A stretch of DNA of 64,000 nt from a virus. Location of the stretch: positions 1 through 64,000 of IMG/VR virus record IMGVR_UViG_3300006916_000041. One strand, 5' to 3'. Both the position numbers and the translations under genes were made by a program. The notes beneath the pieces were generated by a model. That model ran no database searches. It had not been told where the DNA came from and saw only the letters and a list, made by a program, of their open reading frames with translations. Below, piece after piece: positions 57,025 to 64,000 of this stretch. Every line of letters starts with the position of its first letter. The first letter of the stretch is position 1.

Positions 57025-57182
57025 GACGAGGGCGCAAGCCAGATCCCAGAGAATATATAGAGGTCAGAATCAAACAACTGATCGATGATAGACGCAAGGC
57101 AAAAGAACCAGTTGACAAAGAATGGTATTTGCGTATAATAAGTGAATTGCGTTACGTTTTAACAATCATGGACAAAAGCTAG
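57021..57182 (+). CDS. 53-aa hypothetical protein (TTG start)
   Basis: TTGA overlap, GGAG SD. Confidence 0.45.
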   Translation: MRRGRKPDPREYIEVRIKQLIDDRRKAKEPVDKEWYLRIISELRYVLTIMDKS

Positions 57183-57190
57183 GAGGCTTT

Positions 57191-57427
57191 ATGAATATGC
57201 AATTTTTCGAAGTTAGTCAAGCGGCTGACGAAGCAGCTCGTTTGGGTCGTTGGATGATGGATCAATGTTATAAAGTAGAAGACAACGAACTAGCAAATCG
57301 ACTGAGCAAAGTTGGAGATATGTTGGTAGAATTTGATATGCCATATGGTACTCGTTGGAATGACTTTACCAAAGATGAAAAACGCTTTGTAATTAAATGC
57401 AAAGAAATATGGGAACAACAACGATAA
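57191..57427 (+). CDS. Hypothetical protein
   Basis: AGGAGG SD. Confidence 0.65.
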   Translation: MNMQFFEVSQAADEAARLGRWMMDQCYKVEDNELANRLSKVGDMLVEFDMPYGTRWNDFTKDEKRFVIKCKEIWEQQR

Positions 57428-57432
57428 AAAGG

Positions 57433-57486
57433 TTGACAATAAGACATCTTGGTGCTATATTATATATGTAAGTTAAGAAAAGAGGT
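57433..57486 (+). promoter_or_regulatory. Early promoter cassette (AAGACATCTT variant)
   Basis: TTGACA-AT-AAGACATCTT-GGTGC-TATATT-ATATATGTAAGTTAAGAAAAGAGG. Confidence 0.88.
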
Positions 57487-57489
57487 ACT

Positions 57490-58059
57490 ATGAATAAGAA
57501 TTTGATTCTCACTGATGTCGACGGAGTATTGCTCGACTGGGAGACTGCTTTTCATGATTGGATGGAAATGAAAGGCTTTGTACGGGGTGCAATCAGCAGT
57601 TATGAAATGCACTTGGTGTACAATGAACGTAAAGATGTTGTTAAACAACTGGTAAAAGAATTCAATAGCAGTGCTTGGATGTGTTGTTTGAATCCTCTGC
57701 GGGATGCTGTGTGGGGTGTTGAACAGTTGGCTAAAAAAGGTTGGCGTTTTGGAGTTATTACCAGCTTGAGCTTGGATCCTTATGCAGGCAAACTGCGTGA
57801 AGAAAACTTGAAAAAACATTTTGGAGATGTGTTTGAATTTATACAGTGCCTAGACACTGGTGCGGACAAGGATGAAGCACTGTTACCTTACAAGGACAGC
57901 GGCTTGTACTGGATCGAAGACAAGCCTGAGAATGCAAAACTTGGCGCTGATTTTGGCCTCAACACTTTTATGCTACGGCATGAACATAACGCTACTTTTC
58001 ACTACGACGGTGTTAAAAACGTAGACAACTGGGCTCAAATTGTTAATTCAATCGATTAA
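57490..58059 (+). CDS. HAD-family 5'(3')-deoxyribonucleotidase-like protein
   Basis: DVDGVLLDW, ITS, K, WIEDK..N. Confidence 0.82.
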   Translation: MNKNLILTDVDGVLLDWETAFHDWMEMKGFVRGAISSYEMHLVYNERKDVVKQLVKEFNSSAWMCCLNPLRDAVWGVEQLAKKGWRFGVITSLSLDPYAGKLREENLKKHFGDVFEFIQCLDTGADKDEALLPYKDSGLYWIEDKPENAKLGADFGLNTFMLRHEHNATFHYDGVKNVDNWAQIVNSID

Positions 58060-58778
58060 CTAGCTTCGTCGTAAATTTGTAGTACGTCTGCCACAACGGG
58101 ATGTCTTTCAACGTCCCGTTTTTCAAATTGCACATGAGCAATTGTGTTAACAGTTTGTGCATTGTATTTGTTTAAAAAGTCTTTTAGACCATTGTTTGTA
58201 AATCCCCTATCATGTTGAGCAAGGTCGCCTGTTACTACTATTTTACTACCTTCACCAATTCGGGTTAACAGCATTTTAGTTTGCTCTTGAGTTGCATTTT
58301 GCATTTCATCTGCAATGATCCAACTTTGCTTAAATGTGCGTCCACGCATATACGCTAACGGTGAGATTTCAATTGTCTTGTTCTCAACCATCTGTAGTAC
58401 TTGTTTAGGGTTGTAGTATTCTTCGAGAAAGTCGAAGATTGGTCTGGTCCAGGGTTCCATTTTTTGTTTTAAGTCACCGGGCAAAAAGCCGTGTTGTTCG
58501 TCAACACTAACGGCAGGTCTGGTGATTACTAGTTTTTCTACTTCGCCATCTTCCAACTTTCTAATACCCATTTGCACAGCCATCATGGTTTTGCCTGTTC
58601 CTGCTGGACCAGTTGCAAATACTATGTGTTTGGATGCGTCATCTAGGTAATCAAGAAGATCTTCTTGATGCAAGTTGCGAGGTAGAATTTGTAGTTTCTT
58701 TCTGCGATAATCTTGCAGTTCGATCACCATTTCGTTGAATGAACCTCTCGGGTTTTGTTTTCTTGCTCTTTTAGCCAT
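58056..58778 (-). CDS. phoH: PhoH-like protein
   Basis: GPAGTGKT, TRPAV, GFLPG, PLAYMRGRT, DEMQN, LTRIG, GDL.Q.D, RHP.V. Confidence 0.95.
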   Translation of the reverse strand: MAKRARKQNPRGSFNEMVIELQDYRRKKLQILPRNLHQEDLLDYLDDASKHIVFATGPAGTGKTMMAVQMGIRKLEDGEVEKLVITRPAVSVDEQHGFLPGDLKQKMEPWTRPIFDFLEEYYNPKQVLQMVENKTIEISPLAYMRGRTFKQSWIIADEMQNATQEQTKMLLTRIGEGSKIVVTGDLAQHDRGFTNNGLKDFLNKYNAQTVNTIAHVQFEKRDVERHPVVADVLQIYDEAS

Positions 58779-58854
58779 TTTGTTGTAAACTCCATGTTGT
58801 CTGCGAGCCCATGTTGTCTACACTATTACTTATCAAGAAAGACTAAATATACGT

Positions 58855-59391
58855 ATGAAAGAGATCGAAGAATTAAAACAAACACTGGATAACTTAATTG
58901 ATTCTAGCAGCGATTTAGATATCTTGTTGGAATTTGAAGAAGTGTTGGATAACCTAAATTTATATGCATACAAAAATTGGGAGCATGGAGAAGTTATTGC
59001 TGGTCCAGAAGTCAGCAAATATTGGATCACTGTTACAATGATGTGGCCTCGCAAACTTATGCCAGATCCTGATGGTGCATTGAGATTGACCAAAAACAAC
59101 TGTAGAGTGTTTTTTCAAAAAGATGTTTTTGTAGAACCTAAAAAAATTGTTACACCAGACGATTTAGGAGAAGTTGATCCAGAAACAGGCAAACGCAAAC
59201 CCAAACAGGTCAAACGTCCAATTTGGTTGGTGCGTATTGAAATGCCACGTCAATATGTTGATGAATTTGAATCAAGCAAAATTACTATCAACGGTCACGA
59301 CATTGACATGAGTGAAGTTGATGGAGCATATGACAGTGATTACGACAACGAACTCAATCCAGACAAACAAGACTTAGGAGTAGACCAATGA
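58855..59391 (+). CDS. Hypothetical late protein
   Basis: TAAATA-N5-ATG; MPDPDGA. Confidence 0.7.
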   Translation: MKEIEELKQTLDNLIDSSSDLDILLEFEEVLDNLNLYAYKNWEHGEVIAGPEVSKYWITVTMMWPRKLMPDPDGALRLTKNNCRVFFQKDVFVEPKKIVTPDDLGEVDPETGKRKPKQVKRPIWLVRIEMPRQYVDEFESSKITINGHDIDMSEVDGAYDSDYDNELNPDKQDLGVDQ

Positions 59392-59735
59392 CAGATTTAA
59401 ATAGAATTAAAAAATTAGCTGGTATAGAGGAACGCAAAGTAAACTTTGATCCAGATGACATGTATGATCAAGGTACGGTTAGAAAAAATGCACTAGAAGC
59501 ACTCATGGATATGTTTAACACTGCCAAAGAATACGAAGGCGAAGTTACAGACGAACAAATTGAAATCTTAGGTGGTCTTATGCAAGACATGGATAATGCA
59601 GGTATTGAACCAGAAAAATACAGTGCATTAAATGAATTGTGGAAATCAGTATCAGCTTACGGAAACGTATCAGGACTGAGCACAGTTAAGAAAGCCTATC
59701 AACAAATTAAGCAAATGGCTCCAGAGGACAAGTAA
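59388..59735 (+). CDS. Hypothetical protein
   Basis: N-terminal LNRIKKLAGI. Confidence 0.65.
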   Translation: MTDLNRIKKLAGIEERKVNFDPDDMYDQGTVRKNALEALMDMFNTAKEYEGEVTDEQIEILGGLMQDMDNAGIEPEKYSALNELWKSVSAYGNVSGLSTVKKAYQQIKQMAPEDK

Positions 59736-60200
59736 ATGACAGTAAAATATGGTGAAATGGTAAATTTAGTAAACAGTACTATCAGCATTGATCAGTACAA
59801 ACCTAAAATTGGAGAAGCCAACGAAACCGTAGTAGTTGCATTTGAAGTACAACAAGAACTAGCAGCCAAAGATCTCAGCAATCTAATTGAAACAGACATA
59901 GTTGAAAGTTTAGATGTTGATATCAGTCAAGGGCCTAACAACAACGGTAATTATCTAGTGTTTGTAGAGTTTGCTCGTGACAACAAATTACACAACAGAA
60001 TTATGGAAATCATAAAGTGTGTGAGTAATGTAACTGAAATTACCGAATGGCAGTATGAATATTACAAAGGCACAGGTGCAGTTGATCTTAATGAAGACAA
60101 TTTAAAAGAAACAGTTCTTGACAATCAAGAACAATATGTGTTAAAGTATGCTCAGCAAAATGAGAATCTTAACAGAGTCAAACAACTAGCAGGTCTATGA
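59736..60200 (+). CDS. Hypothetical protein
   Basis: C-terminal [10 protein letters not shown]. Confidence 0.65.
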   Translation: MTVKYGEMVNLVNSTISIDQYKPKIGEANETVVVAFEVQQELAAKDLSNLIETDIVESLDVDISQGPNNNGNYLVFVEFARDNKLHNRIMEIIKCVSNVTEITEWQYEYYKGTGAVDLNEDNLKETVLDNQEQYVLKYAQQNENLNRVKQLAGL

Positions 60201-60415
60201 GCAAAGAAGAAATTCTAACATTTGAAGGTAAAGTTATCGAATGCCTTCCTAATGCGTTTTTCAAAGTTGTGTTAGAAAACGAACATGTGATTACTGCAAC
60301 TATAAGTGGAAAAATTCGTAGACACAACATTAATATATTGCTCAATGACAGAGTAGATGTTGAAGTTACACCTTATGATTTGACCAAAGGAAGAATTGTA
60401 TATAGGCACAAATAA
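60197..60415 (+). CDS. infA: Translation initiation factor IF-1
   Basis: MSKEE...EG.V.E.LPNA.F.V.LEN.H...A.ISGKIR...[20 protein letters not shown]. Confidence 0.96.
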   Translation: MSKEEILTFEGKVIECLPNAFFKVVLENEHVITATISGKIRRHNINILLNDRVDVEVTPYDLTKGRIVYRHK

Positions 60416-60900
60416 TGTTACACAGAATTTATTTGACTATTATTTTTGTAGGAGTACTAGGAGCAGTAGGCTGGTTTGCCTACCAATACTATGTGGACAC
60501 ACAAACTAGGATTGCACAGCTAACAGCAAACAATGCTAAACTAGAAACTGCACTACAAACCACACAGACATCATTTGACACATATCGTACAAATGTACAA
60601 CAAGAAATAGAAGAGTTCAAAGCAGAATTAGTTAGACAGCAAGCATTGAATGACGAGCTTGGTGCTAACTTAAAATCAGTACAAGAAGCCAACAGAAAAA
60701 TTGCTGGCTTATTGGCAAACACAGACATAATTAAAAACAGTTTAGCAGACCCAACACTAAGTGAAAGTAAGATAAATGAACAAGTTGATTTATTCTTCGG
60801 TGCTATTGGTTGCGCTAGTGGGGGTGAGTGCATGCTCCCGGCTCCTACCAGAAAAGGAGATAGTGACAGTTCCAACAGTGGTGGAAACACCACAGATTGA
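60415..60900 (+). CDS. i-spanin (Rz)-like protein
   Basis: N-terminal TM plus long coiled coil, C-terminal Cys residues. Confidence 0.6.
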   Translation: MLHRIYLTIIFVGVLGAVGWFAYQYYVDTQTRIAQLTANNAKLETALQTTQTSFDTYRTNVQQEIEEFKAELVRQQALNDELGANLKSVQEANRKIAGLLANTDIIKNSLADPTLSESKINEQVDLFFGAIGCASGGECMLPAPTRKGDSDSSNSGGNTTD

Positions 60901-61159
60901 AGCTCCAACTATCCGGATAGTACCAAGACCAGACCCAATTGAAATGCGCAATGCTGATATTGTGGTTGTTACAGAAGCAAATTTAGAACAAGTAATTGCT
61001 CGTGTTAAACAAGAGCAAGGAGACTTTGTGTTGTATGCTATGACTGCACAGAGTTTTGAATCACTGGCATTGAGTTTTGAACAAATTAAAAAGTTCATCG
61101 AAGAGCAAAATGCTGTGATTGTCTATTATGAAAATGCTGTAAAACCCAAAGATGAGTGA
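60776..61159 (+). CDS. o-spanin (Rz1)-like lipoprotein overlapping the previous gene
   Basis: VSAC lipobox, Pro-rich segment, 125-nt out-of-frame overlap. Confidence 0.6.
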   Translation: MNKLIYSSVLLVALVGVSACSRLLPEKEIVTVPTVVETPQIEAPTIRIVPRPDPIEMRNADIVVVTEANLEQVIARVKQEQGDFVLYAMTAQSFESLALSFEQIKKFIEEQNAVIVYYENAVKPKDE

Positions 61160-61937
61160 TCCTTACGCTACACTAGGCGTTGGTCGTAATAGTACTGATG
61201 CTGAAATAAAATCAGCCTATAGAAAATTAGCCAAACAACATCATCCAGACATTGGTGGTGATCAGAAAAAGTTTGCTGAAATTAGTGCAGCTTATGACAA
61301 TATCAAAGATGCACAAGCTAGACAAAACTACGAAGCACAACAGTTTGAACCACAAGGATTTGGACAATCACAAAGTTCATTTGGACACAATCCATTTGGA
61401 GATCATTTCAATGATATGTTTGAACAAGTGTTCAGACCTAGACACAATCCCAACACCAGTGTTACATTTCATGTAGAACTTGAAGATGTATACCATTGTG
61501 CAAGTAAAAATGTAAACATAAGTCAGCCAAATGGAATTAACAAACCAATAACTATAAAAATTCCCAGAGGCATCACACACGGAGATCAAGTGCGTTACCA
61601 AGCAATGGGTCCTAACGGCGGGGACTTGCTGGTAAACTTTCAAATTAAACCACACAAAGAATATAGTTTACAAGGACACAATCTTCACAAGAAGTTAAAT
61701 ATTAGTCTTAAAGAAGCATTAATTGGTTCAGAAAAACTTATAAACACTCTTGACAACAGAGGTATAAAATTACATATAAAAGCTGGAACCCAAAGTGGAA
61801 CAAAATTACGAATACCCGAAAGTGGATTACCACGTAGGAATTTGCCAAATGGAGATTTGATAATTGAAGTGAGAGTCAATATACCCAAACTCGATGAACA
61901 AGATTTAAACAAAACTCTTAAAGAAATATTACGATAA
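61152..61937 (+). CDS. DnaJ/CbpA-like co-chaperone (no zinc finger)
   Basis: DPY.TLGV, IKSAYRKLAKQHHPD, DnaJ C-terminal GDL motifs. Confidence 0.93.
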   Translation: MSDPYATLGVGRNSTDAEIKSAYRKLAKQHHPDIGGDQKKFAEISAAYDNIKDAQARQNYEAQQFEPQGFGQSQSSFGHNPFGDHFNDMFEQVFRPRHNPNTSVTFHVELEDVYHCASKNVNISQPNGINKPITIKIPRGITHGDQVRYQAMGPNGGDLLVNFQIKPHKEYSLQGHNLHKKLNISLKEALIGSEKLINTLDNRGIKLHIKAGTQSGTKLRIPESGLPRRNLPNGDLIIEVRVNIPKLDEQDLNKTLKEILR

Positions 61938-61964
61938 GTATGTGTAACAAGGTATTAATAAAAC

Positions 61965-64000
61965 ATGTCTGAAAGAAAAATTGAACAAATAGTTGAACGT
62001 ACATTTAATCTTAGTAAAGATTACAAACACCAATATGTACAGGTTGAACACCTCTTGGCTATTATTTTAGATGCAGAAGAAGTAGAAGATATACTAATGG
62101 ATCTCGGAGTCGAAGCCAAAGAGATTAGTAGAGAATTGTATGCTTACTTGGAACAAGAAATAGAATCACAGTCTGAGGAAAAAGATCCTAAAAAAACAGT
62201 GATGCTGGAACGTGTTTTCAATAGGGCGTTTACTCAAGCACTGTTTAATGGAAGAAGCAATCTAGATCCCAGAGATTTGTTTATTAGTATCCTCAGTGAA
62301 AAACAAAGCCCAGCATGCTATTTGTTGAGTGTACACGGCATTACCAGAGAAAGTGTAGTACAATATCTGAGTGATCCTGAAATTCAAGAAATACCAGAAA
62401 ATGTTACAAGTAACAAACCCAGCAAACAAGAGAGATTGCTCAAAAAGTATTGTGCTAATTTAAATGAACAAGCGGTAACTGGAGAGATAGATCCTATTGT
62501 TGGCAGAGAAGAACAATTAGAAGCACTAACACAAACTATTGCTAGACGTAAAAAGAACAACGTAGTACTAGTAGGTGAAAGTGGTGTTGGTAAAACTGCT
62601 ATTGCAGAAGGATTGGCATATCTTATTAACGAAGACAGTGTGCCGGATATTATCAAGAATCACACTGTTTACAGTTTGGACATTGGTGCACTACTAGCAG
62701 GTACAAAATTCAGAGGTGACTTTGAAGAAAGATTGAAAGAAGTACTGGATATATTAGAAAGCAGAGACAATACTATATTGTTTATTGATGAAATACACAT
62801 GATCATGGGTGCAGGTAATGCAGGACAAGGTGCAATGGATGTTGCTAACTTGCTAAAACCAGCACTGCAAAAAGGCAAACTACGTTGTATTGGTTCAACA
62901 ACATATGAAGAATATAGAGAACATTTTGAAAAAGACAAGGCACTTAATAGAAGATTTTACAAAGTAGATGTGCCAGAACCTACACCAGAAGATGCAAAAC
63001 GTATTGTTGTAAACAGTATACCTGCATACGAGCTGTATCATAATATTGCATACACACAAGATGCACTGCACGGTGCAGTAGATCTCACACACCAGTACTG
63101 GCACAACAAGTTTTTGCCTGACAAAGCGTTTGATGTGTTAGATGCAGCCGCAGCAAGACAAAAACTATTACCAGCAGAACAACAAAAACCTGTGTTAGAT
63201 TTAGATGATATACGCTACGAAGTAGCACGTATGACACGTATACCTATTGATCAATTGGTGTTGACCAAAGACAGTGAGTACAAAAAAGAACAACAGATTG
63301 ATATTGAACAAGCACTGAGGGTTAAAGTGTTTGGGCAAGACGAAGCGTTAGAAAGATTGGCTGACAGCATTTACATTGCCAAAGCAGGTCTTAAAGATCC
63401 TAATAAACCAATTGGCAATTATTTGTTCACAGGTCCCACAGGCGTTGGTAAAACTGAAACTGCTAAACAGCTCAGTGAAATTATGAGCATGGAACTTGTA
63501 CGTTTTGATATGAGCGAATACCAAGAACGTCACACAGTTGCGAAACTGATTGGTGCACCTCCAGGGTATGTAGGATACGGTGAAGGCGGACAAGGCAGTG
63601 GATTGTTGATCAACAAACTAGAAGAACATCCTAACTGTATTCTACTGTTGGACGAAATTGAAAAAGCACACCCAGATGTAAGTAATGTGCTATTGCAGAT
63701 CATGGACAATGGTATGATTAGTTCAAGCGATGGTAAAACTGTTAGTGCAAGAAATGCTATTGTTATCCTTACAAGTAATTTGGGTGCTAGAGATGCAGAA
63801 AAGAATTTGATTGGATTTGGTCAAGGTAAAAATGAAAGTGCAAACGAAGAAGCTGTGAACAGTTTCTTTGCCCCTGAATTTAGAAACAGACTTGATGCAG
63901 TTGTACAGTTCAAAAAACTAAACCAAAAACTAATGTACAGTGTAACAGAAAAATTTATCAAAGAGCTGGATGCTATGCTAGAGCCTAGAAATATTGTATT
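61965..64000 (+). CDS. clpA: ClpA-like AAA+ chaperone, runs off the window end (absent from ORF track)
   Basis: VEHLL N-domain, DPIVGR, RRKKNN.VLVGESGVGKT, AGTKFRGDFEER, FIDEIH, GPTGVGKTE, RFDMSEYQE.H, LIGAPPGYVG, LLDEIEKAH, PEFRNRLD. Confidence 0.93.
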   Translation, partial: MSERKIEQIVERTFNLSKDYKHQYVQVEHLLAIILDAEEVEDILMDLGVEAKEISRELYAYLEQEIESQSEEKDPKKTVMLERVFNRAFTQALFNGRSNLDPRDLFISILSEKQSPACYLLSVHGITRESVVQYLSDPEIQEIPENVTSNKPSKQERLLKKYCANLNEQAVTGEIDPIVGREEQLEALTQTIARRKKNNVVLVGESGVGKTAIAEGLAYLINEDSVPDIIKNHTVYSLDIGALLAGTKFRGDFEERLKEVLDILESRDNTILFIDEIHMIMGAGNAGQGAMDVANLLKPALQKGKLRCIGSTTYEEYREHFEKDKALNRRFYKVDVPEPTPEDAKRIVVNSIPAYELYHNIAYTQDALHGAVDLTHQYWHNKFLPDKAFDVLDAAAARQKLLPAEQQKPVLDLDDIRYEVARMTRIPIDQLVLTKDSEYKKEQQIDIEQALRVKVFGQDEALERLADSIYIAKAGLKDPNKPIGNYLFTGPTGVGKTETAKQLSEIMSMELVRFDMSEYQERHTVAKLIGAPPGYVGYGEGGQGSGLLINKLEEHPNCILLLDEIEKAHPDVSNVLLQIMDNGMISSSDGKTVSARNAIVILTSNLGARDAEKNLIGFGQGKNESANEEAVNSFFAPEFRNRLDAVVQFKKLNQKLMYSVTEKFIKELDAMLEPRNIV

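Noticed and set aside
12494-57486. Repeats interpreted as a CRISPR array or integron attC sites
   Set aside because: Copies are dispersed with variable gene-sized gaps and contain -35, -10 and SD elements; no cas or integrase gene is seen in the window.
62384-63593. Minus-strand ORFs in the last 2 kb, and most other antisense ORFs in the track
   Set aside because: They are shadows of well-supported + strand genes; here the clpA frame is open from 61965 to the window end.
1-64000. Alternative genetic code (stop-codon reassignment)
   Set aside because: Core genes are full length in the standard code, and TAA, TAG and TGA all occur as terminal stops.

Overview
This 64 kb window looks like part of a large, AT-rich tailed-phage genome (jumbo-phage-like, with T4-style gene expression). 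It uses the standard genetic code and is almost entirely on the + strand. A permuted two-piece tmRNA with tag ANDNRAPEMALAA, a porin-like gene and a DUF1127 gene point to an alphaproteobacterial host, probably Rhodobacteraceae. It carries nucleotide-supply genes (nrdAB, glutaredoxin, guaC, prs, MazG-like, HAD), replication genes (clamp loader, stand-alone DnaE fragment), virion and lysis genes (PAAR-like, fibre-like proteins, SleB, TIGR02594-like, overlapping spanin-like pair), and a large host-like toolkit: IF1, IF3, bS21, tmRNA, ClpA, ClpS, DnaJ, GroES, Hsp20, PEPCK, GAPDH, class I FBA, FdxA, IscA, SufT-like, QueD and PhoH. The main non-coding signals are: (i) eight genes whose ATG sits exactly 5 nt after a TAAATA late-promoter core, i.e. 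predicted leaderless late mRNAs, in a genome that also encodes initiation factors; (ii) 6-8 copies of a sigma70 promoter cassette with an AAGACGTCTT palindrome between -35 and -10; (iii) a cluster of structured RNAs at 19.2-19.65 kb and another at 23.25 kb. Other candidates are a DGQH/HNH/MutH-like three-gene operon and a dnaX-like -1 frameshift signal. All family calls come from motifs read by eye; no database searches were run.
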